Made by a program: the position numbers and the translations under genes
Source: Eutreptiella sp. 'Long Island Sound 2002'
Lineage: Eukaryota > Protista > Euglenida
Direction of reading: 5' to 3'
Length of the DNA stretch: 64,000 bases
Assembly: GCA_964036045.1 (NCBI GenBank)
Contig: OZ038378.1
Span: 183,024,001-183,088,000 of the forward strand
Shown here: piece by piece, positions 46,877-61,200 of the stretch
How positions within the stretch are numbered: position 1 is the stretch's first letter
How the letters are laid out: every line of letters starts with the position of its first letter
Notes under the pieces: model-generated
Seen by the model: only the letters and a program-made list of their open reading frames with translations
Told to the model about the DNA's origin: nothing
Databases searched by the model: none

Positions 46877-49800
46877 CTGAAAGACGAAAACGATCAATCG
46901 ACACGTCCAAACCGAATGAATCCCACTCCACGTGTAACCCCGTATCCCGTCCCATCCGGCGCGCCACGATCCCCAACTACCCGCGGGGAACGTTTACAGG
47001 CAAAAAAGTGAGGGGAACATGAACACGGGCCAAAACATCCGGCAGGTGTACCACAACGGTTAGTGGGCGGCTTGAAGTCAAACCGGCTGTCAATCACGAA
47101 AACAGCTCATCCCTCCCCATCCATGGTAGACCATCACTTTGTGTAGGACGAAAAATTTCACTGCTGTGAACGGCCTCGCCGCTCCATGTCTTCTCGATCT
47201 CCACTCCACACTCTCGACGAGTAGTGCAAGCCCGGGACCAGCATCACCACTGCGTGAAATGGACCATTAATGGACAAAACGACACACCAGAATATGTGCG
47301 CACACTGTGCAGATCAGCCGGCGCGCTCCTCGACACAAACATTCGGCGTCCATAGAACAGGGCCGCGAATGGGACAAACGCGAGGATAGCCTTGGCTGAA
47401 CACAGAGTAATCGCAAGGAGCCAGTGTGTATTTGGAGACGCTCAGATCCGGTTTCTTCTGACCAATACGAGGGCGGCCTCCCCTTCGGAGGGACGGGCGC
47501 TAGCGACGAACCAGGGATTTCCGTTCGTGTATTCAGGGACGGCATCCGTTCAATGGCAACTTCATAGACATGACTTGTGCAATGAATTTCGGATGCCAGA
47601 CGGTGATATCAATTGGATGGTGATATCACTTGCACGAGGTACAGGCCCCTCGACCTCCAGGATCCCTGCCAATTTGACCCACACTGAAACAAACCTACAG
47701 TGAACAAAATTCCAGACTCTGACGAGTTCACGCCCTGTGTGCTGTAGATCACCTCAGGCGTAACGGTTGTGCCGTGTGCAGCAACCTGTTGAGATCGGAA
47801 GAAAGGAGCTCTGGGGCACGGCGTGCGACCTGGTCATCGTTGTGGCGCATCAACGAAATACCACACCAATGACGGGGAGCCGGTCAAATGGATCGCCGGT
47901 CAAATTGGTGTGGGGGGGGGGTGGATGAGGGGTTACGATAAGACGGCAAAACTGGAGGTCAAAGGCACTAGGTGGTGAGAGGCCAATGGACACCGCCACC
48001 TGCGGAGGGAAATGGTTCAATGAAGAACAAGGGTAAGAGGCCAACAGGCGCCGCCAGCTTCGGTCCCTGTACTCCTTTCCTCACCTGGGTCTTAGGCCCT
48101 TACATGATAATCAGCCCCCCGGGGAGGGGGGGGCTGATTAAGGTGAGCTACCTCAAGGTGCAGGTGGAATCTTTGATAGACTTGCCCCCGGCGGTCGTGG
48201 TCAATTTCACCCGCTCAGCCGGGAGGTTCAACGCAGCGATGCATACCAACAGATAAACAAAGAGACTTTGCCCTTACCGATTTTTGGTCACTAAGTGGAC
48301 ACCCCCCCAATCCACCGCCGTGTCTGCTGTCTGCGTTCGTGTTTTTCCTGTTTGTCTTTCAAATCCATTTCTCAGATCAATTAGGTCTCACCCCCGGGCC
48401 TGTGATCAGATTTCATCTCAGTGCACGCAAGCAAGAACTGCACTGCCACAGGATGGGGCCCTCGATTGTGCGCTAGTCAACCGTATTTCACTCACCGATG
48501 TGCGCTCTCCGCCTCGCCATCCAGCCAGAGTGGCCAGCAGACAGCGAAAATGTAGTTGGAACCTTTGGTAGACTGAGCATGTTGAACGACCTTGTTGAAC
48601 AAAGGGTGGTGAGACCAAATTAGATTCAGAGATTGGTTGAAAGAAACTGCAAACTGAGGAAATACGTCCCACGGTCTCATATGTGTGCATCTCTCTTCTC
48701 CACACCGGACCTGCGTGAACCTCAATGAATAACACTTGTGCCCCTGTTGCTCCTTCACCTATGTCCCTTTGAGCTCCAAAGCAACCCTGACCAAATCAAG
48801 CGCGCGGAGGGCCACCTGTGCATCCAGACGAGGCGGCAAGGCAGCACTTGCAGGTCTCCTGTGGAAGAAGGGCGCGAGAAGGAGTGTCGCAGGTGAAAAA
48901 TTCCACACACAAAACAGTGCGATGGCTTGAATGTAGCAGCTGTTGCCTGTGCGAGTTGTGGTGGCGAGGAGCAACCGCGTCGGTGTAGCGCAGGCGACGT
49001 ACCCGTTTCGGAGATTCGTCGTGACAGCAGTGGTCGTGGTGACCCCACTTGCGACAGTGGGTTGCACCCTGAGGTGAGAGCCTTCCACCTGGGAAACCAC
49101 AGGCAGGGTTCGGGAGTGGCGACGCGACAGTTGCAGGGAAGTCTTTTGATCCCGTGTTTGAAGCACTACAGCTAATCATTTAGACTACTGGGGTGTCATG
49201 GGGTGTCAGCCATGGGTGGCAGATTGAAAGCCGCCAGGACATCATCTCGGAACTGGCAGAGAACTAGACTGCACCTCGCTGCCAACAAATGCACCCTTCG
49301 TCGAAAACGCCCAGGATTCCCTAGTCTGAGCTCCACCTCGGAAAAACCGACACCCAAAAATTCACTAACCACTCTGCGCTGCGCGCCTACAACGCTGTAA
49401 GTCAGGAGTTGCGAAATTTGCGAAGAACGGGCACAGCCAGAGCAAACAGTATCACAAGCAGAGAACCTTGTTTGCTGCTGTACGTGCCATCACGCTGACA
49501 GTGGCAATCATGCACAGCACACTGGCAGCAGCAACCCTGCAGGGAAGCAGGAGCACATTTGAAAAATGAGTATTTGGCTTCAGTAATTCTCTACACAGCG
49601 CCCTTGCCAGGATCGAAGCGAGAGTGACAAATTTACTCCTCTGCAGGGTGTGGGGGGGAGCGGCAGATTCCAGCGGTCTGTAGTGAAGGCATACCATTTC
49701 TGTCTCGCAGGCTGAGTGCGGCAGTTTTCCTGGATAGCTGCAGCCCGCGTGCTATCTGCAGTTGGAACAAAGGCTGGGCAAAACAGCAACACAAGTGCAA

Positions 49801-50389
49801 ACAGCAGTGCAAGTAAGTTCGCGCCAACCAACCAACAGAGGAGAGATTGCTACGTGGGAGGTGCATGTTTTTTCTGCCAGGAGACAACAAAACCCTGGTA
49901 AAACGTCACCCATCCACCCCGTCGTCATTTGCATAGGGTGCTTGTGATGTGCACAACAGTAGGGGAAAGCAGTGACACCCAATGTGCCACTAAAAACGTC
50001 CGCATGGCTAGACTCGCATACCAGTGGAGTACGAAGTGTGTGGCGCAGCCAGTCGCTCCATCCTGTCCATTTTGTTCAAGAGCTGAGAGAACAGACAGTG
50101 CAATCTCAAGTCCTGCGCGTATGCAGGTGCGACATGAGGCTGCATGGCTTTCACAAGGCGCAGCTCGCTATGCTTGCTGTTCGATGTCAGAGCAGTAGAA
50201 GTGGCGAAAAGTAACTAAAAATTGTCCCAGAAATGGTCGTCAAGCACCGTCTCTTGAACTAGCAACCACTTCTTCGGTAAACAGAGATGGCGATTGCTTT
50301 CGTCAAAAACCAACGTTTCAACTGTTGCACCCTCATGTCTCACTGTTCGTGTCGGCATAGGGTTTTCCGAGGACAAGAACATTTGCGGT

Positions 50390-51060
50390 TCAGGTGTGCA
50401 CAGCGGGCATCGTGTCTGATAGTTTTGTGTCCGCTAAGCTCTGCCATTGCTTTTCGGCACTGTATGGTCTGCTGATCGATGCTGAGAAGCAACATTCGGC
50501 AATCGATGTGGAGATGTAGGATGGGGATATGTTCGCGGACTTCGCCAATGCCAATGATCACAATTAACGATCTCAATTAAAAGCCCTCAACAGACCGCGT
50601 TCTAACCTGTCATGCTGCACACTGCATGAAAGAGCAAGAAGTGACTGCGACTACCTGGTCTTTCAAGCTGAGATTCAGCTGTTGTGTTGTAACATTCACC
50701 TTCAGTTCAACCTTAGTGTTGTCTGACAAAAGTTGCACTCGGGCTTTGCTTGGATCTCGTTTCCATCCTGTGCTGAGCACCTTTCATCTTGCCAACAAGA
50801 AGCAAACTTGTCTTCACTTTTCATTCTTGAGTGTTGGACACATGGCCCAATTTCCAAAGCGCCAAAGGCTCAAGATTCAGCCTGGTTCGTTGTGCTCTTG
50901 CCTTCAACATTCAGCATGAATTCATGAATAATTACATTGAAGCGTGTTGGTCCGTTAGATAGGTTGAGTTCTTGAGAAAATCATGCACCGAGACACCTTT
51001 GAGATCAAGTGAGCAGTGCAATGATGATGCAAACACACGGCATTTAGTGCCTCCAAGCTC
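50390..51060 (-). pseudogene. Decayed hAT transposase fragment
   Basis: HHCTAHL (CxxH-like) at ~51001-51030; LALAK...STSIAECCFS...QSLADTKLSDTM at 50390-50555 resembles the hAT C-terminal dimerisation region; interrupted by stops and frameshifts. Confidence 0.45.
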
Positions 51061-52684
51061 ACTGTTCAAACAAGGCACACTTGTTTGACTGGTTTGCTAA
51101 ATAAGCATGATAAACATAGTTGAATCCATTGAAAAACAACTGCAAGTTTGTGCTATGTATACGCCCTAAAAGTGCTGGCAACATCTCCTCCAAACCAATA
51201 TCATACTTTTGTTAAGATATGGAATCCAGTACTTTTGAAATAATCGGTTGTGGGTGGTATCTTTTTTCACCATTTTTACAAACAAGACAAGACAAACTTG
51301 ACCGCTGAAAAAGTGAAAACTACCCACCAAGTTGCATTTTACAAGCTGTCTTCATTGTTGCATACGAAACCTTTTTGTCAGCAAAGAAAATAGACATCGT
51401 GCATGGTATAACAGCGCAAGAAAATTTTGTTTTAATCTCTATGCAGTTTCGTCCGTTAGTTTTGTGCGCACCAATCTTCTCCGCATGCTGCCCTTTCGTG
51501 TGCACGGACTACCGCTGCTTTTTTTGTTAACAATGAATGACGCAGAGTCACCGCTACACTGATGCTTGTCCGACCATCTATGTTTCAATTGCGCGCGACC
51601 ATCAATGTCTCTTTGCTGCAACCAATTCCACCAAATAAGCGCCGGTGGACCCCTCAAAAGAAAACATGAGGTGCATTGTGTCATGCTATGAGCGTGTTGC
51701 ATCCTTGGAATGGGTCCGTTCGTGGCGCTGCATCTTTGAACAGTGCACGCTGCATCTTTGGACTATGTGCGCGGCATACTTAAGGTGTGCGAACTGCATC
51801 TTTAGAATGCACGCACTGGGTCTTTGGAATGTGTGCACTGCATCTTTGTAATGTGCGTGTTGGTTCTTTAGGGTGTGTGCACTGCTCACTGGCAACTTGT
51901 AGCACTAAAAACCAAAGCACAAAAAAAAGTGTATTGCTTGCATGTCTTTTGCGATGTTCCATGGTTCATGTTGCTGGTCTTCGCAACTTGTCTTTGCCCT
52001 ATTTGGCCAACCACCACCCAATTTTTCAGCCGGCAGAACAGATTTGACTGATTAGGGGGTGGATTTAAGATCCAATTGATAGATTTCAGCTATGAAATCT
52101 TGAAAATTTGCAGCCAATTTCTCAAAAATGAATGCGCAAACTTGGAATACACATTGGTGCTGGCCCAAAATCCGGCCCGTGCATGGCATCAATCTTCACA
52201 GGCGCCAAATCAATACAGGCAAATTTTACATATTGATGAAGATCTATTTTCAAACTTCCATATTTTGATTGTACGATTGCAATTAGTCATACCAAAAAAA
52301 GATCAAAGCACAATTGCCAGCAGCAATTGCATATTATAGGCCCACCTATCGGTCTTTTTTTGTTGCCTTCAGTGCCGTGACCTTTGTCGAAAGCGTTTAG
52401 CATGTCACATGTCCAAGATGCTGCTGGTGTGGCATCACTACAGTTTTGAAGATTTATTTTCAATACCCAATGTCTTGATTGTTAAACAAACCAAAATGCA
52501 CATTTGAAATTGCGCAATATCGGCCAACCAGCTGGTGAGCCTTTCGGCCCTCTGTGCAGCAAAACGATTTTTTGATTTGGATAAGATCGGAGCTGTCAAA
52601 CACAGAGGCTCTTGGCAAAGTATCTTTGGTGCCTACCAGCGGATGCAGAAACCAACGGCGCTCAAAAACCAAATGCTCCCCTCC

Positions 52685-53221
52685 CAGGGTTTTGCTTAGC
52701 CACCCTAGGGGGGGGGGGGGGTTAATTCAGGGACCCACCCACCCAGAATTTTGGCATACCCACAGACCGACAAATGTCCCACCCCCCCCCCCCTGGGGGG
52801 GGGGGGGGTCTGACACCCACCCACCCACCCACCCACCCACGTACCCAACTGAGACATGCAATACAGAAGACCAAGTTTTTCACAGAGGTGAACAACCATC
52901 ATGTCAGTCTAATTGTCAGCGTTGCCCCCTTCGCATCCAGCACAAACGACAAAGCATCCTAGCCCCTTTATGGGCGTGGGGCATGCACACGTGATATGCA
53001 ATGACATGTAAACACACCATAAATAAACATGTTACACAGAACCTGCAACAGAAGAAAGAAAGAAGTGGCACTGGCTTGATAGACCCAAGGGCCCCCACAA
53101 AGTCCCACCCCACCCTGGGGGGGGGGGGGGGTTGGACACCCACCCACCCTGAAATTCTGCCAGACCCACCCACCCACCCCGCCCCCGGGGTAGGGTAGGA
53201 CGGACACTAAGCAAAACCCTG
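52685..53221. mobile_element. hAT-type MITE (CAGGGTTTTGCTTAG family) with 8-bp TSD
   Basis: Perfect 15-bp TIRs CAGGGTTTTGCTTAG / CTAAGCAAAACCCTG; exact TSD TCCCCTCC at 52677-52684 and 53222-53229. Confidence 0.92.
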
Positions 53222-54578
53222 TCCCCTCCCCCATCAGCATGATTGCAATCCAAAGTCAAATAGCCCACGAGGTTATTGTACTCTAATTGTCAATTTTAAC
53301 ATTAACTTACATTGCATGCTTTGTTTCCCCCAATTTTTCTTTTTAAACTTGTTCCTACCCTTTAACCTCATCGAAATAGTTTTCAAGAAATTTTAGTAAC
53401 TTTGCTTAACCTTTGCAAATAAAATTTTGTGCCGTTTTCAACAACTTTTTCACGTGGCAACCAAATTTTGTTTAATCTTTGCAAACTTTTCCGCATGCAA
53501 CATTTATCAACCATCCAGCATTAAGCACCAAGCATTGCAAGCCACCAACGCGTCCAATAATATCAATAATGTGGGTCGCTTTCTAAAACTTTGCACCCAT
53601 AAGCTGCGCAATACTGGCTGCAGACCGGATTGTGCAAACACAATGTTGCTAAGCACCATAGAGACTCCACATCCACAACACACGCTTCAACTTTCGTCGT
53701 TTCCAAGCACTCTGGTGGTGTACCATGTTCATCCGCAGTGGGGTGGCCCACGGAGCCCGATTTCATTCTTCATGACACTGTAAGACACTTGCTGCAAGAG
53801 TTCCACGGCCTTACTTCTTTCTATGCATGGCTCCACTTCAGCCAGACTCTCTTTGACTCCGGCGCCAAGTTAAGGCGGCGGGGTATAGGCTTTAGCCTTT
53901 TTTTGTCTTGGTGCGCCACTTGCACCTTATCTTTTAACTATCAATTATCTTCATGCGGTTGGGGTGTATTCCGTTGCAGAAACCTCAATATTGGCCCTTG
54001 CGGTGAAAAATGGATCAAATTTTGTTATGTTATTATTATTGAAATATCGTGATGGTGTAAGATCTAACCGGTGGATACGACGGTTACGGCGAAGCTGAGC
54101 TCGGGTGCAACTTCAACAAGCCGGAATCCATTTCTATGGGGCTGCCATCAGTGCTTGCAGAATATCACAACATCCAACCGCAAAAAGCTGCAGCAACACC
54201 GACCATGCAAAAGCGCAATGATTGGGCTGTATATCGTTCCAATACCATACACAGAGGAAAATAAAAACTACATAAAAAGAGAGAGATGGCACGCGAAACG
54301 CCACCTACTGGTTAGCAGGGATCTTGAATATGCACAGCCCACCGCAACAAAATTGTAAACAGTCGGCAATGGACCTCAATGCAAAATATTTTCTCAGTCT
54401 CTACTTGTGAACAAAGAAGCCGCTCCATAATCAGATATCTGCATCTTGCGGGGATGCAGTGCTGTTGTGTGTTTCATGTGCCATGAATCAGCACAGCGTA
54501 AGGTTGCATCAGGCATTCAGACATGTGTGCAAAATAGCAATTTGTATTTGACAGATATACAAACAACGAGGTGCCCGA

Positions 54579-55220
54579 ATGTGCATGGAGATCTATGCAG
54601 CCCCACAACAACATGATTGGACATATAATGCTCCAAGATGTGCTTGGACAATGGTTGAAAAAAGCCAATGTGGGATTTTGCAACAACAAACTGATTCTCT
54701 GTGTGATTCTCTACATCACAAAAATCTTGCTCATCGCGATTTCTTGTGGCACAACTTCGTGAAGGATGCCTTGTTGACATGCTAAATCTTACAATAAAGA
54801 GATGTTGCATATGTACAGAGTGCTCCAACTTTCATAGCTGCAGCTTTTGAGAAACAGAGCGATCAAGGTTTGGCTCCATGCAGACCACCAACCAGAATCA
54901 GACTTGTAGATTTGATACACCTTCAAATCTCATCACACCAAGATTAAAAGCAGAGCTGGTGACAGAAATATCTGTTCTGCATCTGGATTCGTCATGCTCA
55001 CAATGGTTGCAGCATATGAACTTTGAGTATGTGCTGACAAGCTAAATATTACATTAAAGAGTATGTGACACAATGATGGGGAGGGGTAGCAACATTGTGC
55101 AGACAGCAGACCTGCCCCAAAAACAAAATTGAATGCTGGACTGACAGCAGGATGTCTCTTCACCCAGTAAACCAACATCCTCACAAAGAGGTCATCAAGA
55201 AAATGATATCACAAGATGCA
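54579..55220 (+). pseudogene. Decayed protein kinase relic
   Basis: LCDSLHHKNLAHRDFLWHNFV (HRDxxxxN at 54732-54755), LVD after a frameshift, and a C-terminal DSRMS..VNQHP-like segment; multiple stops. Confidence 0.45.
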
Positions 55221-58200
55221 ATGAATACCTCATAAATCCGGATCAGCTGCTCTCTTTTTTTTTTTTGTGCACTGTGCCTCCCAGCTATCCAGGTGGGGGC
55301 TCCAGGATCAGCTGCTCTCTTATCCCTTATCCTGAAACCCTTTCCAAGCAATTGCACAGCCATTTCTGTAGCTCTGCACTCCCCTTCAAGAAATAATGCA
55401 GCAAGCGTCGGATGCATCCACAAGCCTCATATATGTAGATGAAGCCTCTTCAAATATGCATGCTCGGGATGGGACAGTGGAAGAGTGTGGGAGCCCTGTG
55501 ACCTGCTCATGCACACAAGACCTGGTGGCAATTCCTGCACCAGTGTGTGCGCAGTGCGCTGGTCTTGACCCACGTTCCAAACACCAAATTCCACAACCAT
55601 TAAACCACAGAAATGTAAACAAACACGCTTAAGGGTGTGCAAATGTCATGGACTGAACATGAAGTATCACGAAACTGCTGCTGTGTCGTTTGTGAGCACC
55701 AGGGCCCATGCAAGTCCAGCAAACTGGGTTACTGCCACATTGTTTTGGAAGGGTTCCTCGACAGGTAAATTTGCACAGTGCATGCATGGGATGCATGAAC
55801 GCCCCGTCCCCCGTCCAAAAAAAGCAGACAAGAAAATGCAAGGAAACAGCAGAAATACAGGAGTTGGGCTGGCCAAGAGCTGCCATGGAGCATACATGAT
55901 ATTGCCGTATGGGGATTGTGGTCTTCATGGGTCGGGCACGCTGGGTGCGCTGGGCCGTCGTTCTGTTTCAGAAGGCGAGATGCTGAATCAGCCATTCTTG
56001 CAAAACATCCACGCCACTGGGGCCTAATATCAGCAAGTGGCAGCCCCGAGCCCACTTGCAAAGAAAACTCAGAAGGACGCAACAGGTATAGTACAACACA
56101 GCACAATCTCCAAGTATGATACATGACCTCCTCATGAGCCGAGGGTGAATGTGTTGGGGTATCAATTTTGCGTTGAGACGCTTCGTCGTGCAAAGGCCGC
56201 AAAGCAGTTCGAACACACAGAACGGGACGGCAGCAGGGCCAAAATGCGTTCTCTACATGCAGGGCTCAATCCCCTGCGCCCATGGCTGCTTGCCTAGCAA
56301 TGTCCACTCAAAGGGCTCAATATTGCTTACGGCGTCATCTGCCTCCGGCCACTTGCACATCCGACTCTCAGACCTTCAAATTACTGACGGGTGCCGGGTT
56401 TTGCTGGCCATAACCACTAGCCTGCGTACCTACAGACGCCATTGGACTGCCCTCGTTGGGCTCAGGGCCCTGCACACCTTATGGTGCAGGGGCCGGGCAG
56501 CCACCGCCAGTTCGCCGCCTGCATGCCATGCTGGTTTAAATGGGGTCCTTCAAAGGGGGGCTGGTTTTTCTGCTGTGAAAAATATCACCCCTCACCCTTG
56601 CATAGTATTCGCCTGCACGCAACGGTATCCTCGCACCCCCGAGCGAACATACACCAAATGACGGTTCCCTCGCCCCTCCAGTTACTACGCAAAGAACCCG
56701 CGACATGAAACAAGACATGCAGACACAAGGGCATATGAACCGAAAAATAGGCCAGAAACTGCCTATTGGGATACATGTTCAGCTTTACTGAGAGACAGGC
56801 TCTGTTTGCCACTTTTTCTGGCGGGGGTATTTGACTCTGAAGAGCTGCACATGCTCAACAAGGGCCACAGGAATGGGCTCTCCAGCTGCAGGTTTGGCTG
56901 CCCTCTTGGTTGAGGTTTGGCACGAGGTTTGGCAGCTTTGGGAGCAGACTTGGCAGGGCGCTTGGCAGGGGGTTCCATCTCCTGTGGCAAGCAGTTTGCC
57001 TCAGGAATTTCCCATGTGAAGTACAATTTTCCGTTGGCAAAAACGTTTGCCAGTCCCCATACACCATGCGCACTCTTTGCCCACACAATCTCAGTGTCTG
57101 ATGCACTGTCCCACTTCCCGGAGCTGTAAAGCCAAGCACATCTTCTTGGTCATGATGTCCTGCCTGTACCTTTGTGCTACAATCCATGCACAAAGCTTTC
57201 GTTCCATCTTGTGGTACCTTGTCTTTCTGCCTAATCCATGACTGAAATTACGAGAAACTCAAATTTTCTGCATATTACAGGGTAGAGTGGAGTGCCTTGG
57301 ATGCAAAAACCTGAAGTGCACAGCAATGCACCAATAATACCACCTTGGCCAGCCAGCAAACGCACCGGGGCATCTCAATATCCAACCAAATATCCAACCT
57401 TCTGCGTAAATTTGCAAAATGGAAAGTGACGGTTCTCTCGGCCCCCCGATTACTATGCAGGGGAGGGGGGGTAATATTCTTCGGTGCTGGCCATTTCCCA
57501 TGATTTTCAGGGCTATTGGGCGATGCAAAAATGTGCAAGTTTGGGCGGAGGAGCAGGCATATCACAGAGCATTGCAAGCTGCAGGAGTGTCAGCAATCCA
57601 TCCCATCATGAACTGAAATATCCGAAGCATATGCCAGAGCAATGTTCACAGCCACGCTACTGTGAACAGATCCCGTGAGGCGCGCACCCGGTCATAGTCT
57701 TACCTGCCTGCGTCTGGACATCGAAACGTCTGGGCTCATTCATGGACCCAAACCATTCAAACGGTCCATGGCCGCTCCCCCCTTTGGTTCATCAACAAAT
57801 ACGAGCACCGTGCGGCCCACATGCACAACCCTATCATGCCTGTCGCTGTGTTACAGATACAATCTGTGGATAAACATGCCACACACAGCTTTGATACCCA
57901 GGGCACAACACGTACTTAAAGAGTGACCTTCATACTGCAATGTTAGGCATGGAATCATGGGAAAGGGTGGCACTGGAAACACGGGGCACAGCACAAAACA
58001 CTAGGTTGGCACCCAGTCGAACCGCAGTTATAAAAACTCGGATACACACAATCGACACGCACTTCAAAAACGTGCACTGTGTGCTCACAGCACGCACGTG
58101 TTAGGGCTGTTTTTCAACAAAACCCCCCATCCCCACCTCTGTGAAAAGCACCCCAAGAGTAGGCAATGAGGACAACATGCCCTACTTGAGAAGTTCCTCT

Positions 58201-61200
58201 CAATGAGCATGTAATGCCATGGTGCTGCCCATCCATCCTCCCTCCCGCTTCATGCATGGTCATGGATGATGCTGGATACTTTACAAGTGGATGGTTGTGC
58301 ATGTGAACCAACCAATGAGATTGCAGGGTTCCCTGAACTCTGATGCATGGTCATGCAGCACTTACGGCCACGTCATATCGGCTGAAATTTTCGATAAAAG
58401 ATCATCTGAGTGAAAAACGATTCTGACATAATGACCAATTGTAGGATCCAAGATCAGACATTGGCGCTGCTTTGTCAGGAAGGCAGACTAATCCTCATTG
58501 GCCCTGACCAAATACAAACAAGATAATCTGAGGAGCTCTCAATCGGAATACAATGGCGCGGGAATGAAACGCTCGCTTACATGCAGGGCCGCAAACGGGT
58601 GTTGGCGTGTGTAGGCGTTGAACAACTGGCAAAGGACGGCACAAGAGGGACATATTCGTTCCAGGTGGATCAAGGGTTTCAATGTTAATGCCGCCGGTGG
58701 GCTCATGTTTGTACACAATGCACGAGTGTTTATACATGGGTAGGCACACACCCGCACTTGGGCATCCCGTGTTCAAGTGGTGTCACAAAGATGTGGGACT
58801 AAAAGACGAGCAGGTTGTAAACTCTGAGCGCAGGTCAATTCTCACCGACCGGAGGCTCGGGGCAGAAGGATGCCGATGGCGACACTCTCCCGCCCCTAAA
58901 TACTCGCATATCAACGCATGATATTGATGTGTAAATTACAAACAGCAGCGGACCTGCTCAACCACACACCTGCACCAGACACACTCGCAGGAATTGCGTC
59001 GCGCATGCAATGCCCCACTGCATCCAACGATCGAAGTTGCAGGAATGCCAGTGTTGCCAGCTCAACCAATCCTGCAAGGCAGTCTAACTAGTTCTGAACA
59101 GGGCAAGACGTACTGCATCTCCCTCTTTGTCGGCGTCGCAGCCCTACGTCGCATCGCGCTCCAACAAAGGCTGATGCCGCATCGCATGCGCGCACAACGT
59201 CTCAGCCAGAGGAGACACAGGCGAATGACTGACTACCCATGACTCTTCCTTTCTGTCGAATTCGTGAGAAGTTCTGAGCGATGTCTGAACTGGCCAAGAC
59301 CCAGTATCGATGGCACGATCGGCACTCTCCTTCCTCAACGAGTGGCCAACCACTCCGTACCGAGGCATTTTTCGGCCCCATGCGAAAGAATGAGTGACAA
59401 AAAGAAACAATCTGATCTCAGGAACGCAATCGTCACATTGGCAGTGGGTATTGTGAAAGAAGGGCCCCATCGATCATGTGATCCTATCCACCTGGTCACA
59501 ACCGAGGCATTGGTTTGCCCCGTGCAAAGCAAAGATTGACAACCGGTGAAACAAAGGTCGTAACTGTACAACTGGGGGACCAACATTCGGAAGCGGAGCC
59601 CTGGGAGTCAGTACATGAACGCAGCCCCCCCAGCCCGCCATTACCCCCATCCAGTGAAACAGCCAAAATCAAATTGCCACACTTGGCACGAAAAACTGGC
59701 CGTCCTCAGGAACACGAATGGACTCAGCATTCCAGTTTGTAAACTGCCCGACGGGGCCTGTGAACAGCCGGTCGCAACAACACCAAATGAGTCCAGGATC
59801 GGAGCAGAGCCTCTGCCAGGTTAGTGAGGCCCCGTGTGGCTGGGTAATGAGCCTCTTTTTTTTGGTGCAAATCAGAAGCAATCCACGGGATTGCAAGGAC
59901 AAGTGGTGCGTGCAGACCATCTCCCAAAGAAGTGGGTGTGAAACCGGATCCACGATTCCCACGGCATCTCATGCCTCTGTATCGATGCGATCACTGGTCA
60001 TCACTTCGAGTGGGTTACAAATTTACATCGGTGGGAAGCGGCCATCACACTGGAGGGGCAGAAAACCAGCAGGAAGAGCTGGGCAACTGGCTGATTGGGA
60101 TCATGTGAAGGCGACGATTTCGAGTGTGCACCGCCGTGCCGTGCCGCGGTGATGAAGCCTTTGCTGGCCTCACCGGATGCCCATGTATTTACTCCCCCTC
60201 CCCTTCCCCATTGCACATGCATCTGCTAGTGTCGCTGCCGTTGTCATGCGTGATGCCCACCACGAGCCCTTTCGCTGACAGTGTCACAACCCTTGGGAAC
60301 ATTGCTGGCGTCAACCCATCAACCACCGACAAAAAGCAAGTTCTCGTGCGCCCGAGACCCTCGGCCGTCCTCGGGTGTGCGGCGCGGCAGAGGGACTGAG
60401 CCGCCCGGACCACGTGTCCTCATCCGATGCCCGCCCGTGCCTCCCGTATAGTTCGACCCTCCTCCGACGCCCGGAGGGGGTGGTATCGATGGCCGGCCAT
60501 ACTGGAGTGGGACACCTGCAGGGGTCCGCAGGTCAAGCATCTTACGCTGCGGCCCCCCGGCGGTATGTCATATTCAACAAGGGCCTGCGCGAGGGCTGCC
60601 ATGACCCGTGGTCGTGAAACCCAAATGGATGAGGACACTGGCACAGACAAGGCTGACCACTCTCTGGCAGTGCAAAGCTTTGTCTGACTGCCCAGGACTT
60701 TTTTCCTTAAACAACGAAACTCGGGCCATCCAAAGCCAGCTCATAATTTACCGCACAGTTGAACGGCAACCAACAGCGGTTGGAAAATAATCGACGGTGG
60801 TTAGAGGGTAACCAACGGCGGTGTTAGGTCGACATTTTTTTCAACAAAAAGAGGACAAAAATTGTCCAGTGGAAAAATTCTCTGCGTTGCAACTCCTCCG
60901 GACATAGAGGCCATGCATCTTTGAAGCTGTTGCGACATACCTCGACTGACATGCACTGCTTTAACGGTCACGGCATCCCCAAGCAGTGGCAACACCACAC
61001 ACCAAAAAGAAAATCTTCCTGGACGCTGCCTGCGATGGTCGCTGAATGATCGGGCTCATGGTGCCTGCACAGAGCTGCGCACACTTCCAAGATTATGACC
61101 CTTGGGCAGCACTGATCAACTGCAAATGTCAAATGCTTATCTTTTTTAGTTGTTTTTTCGGGGGCTTTTCGGCTGCATGGACTACTCCGTGCTTCTTTCC

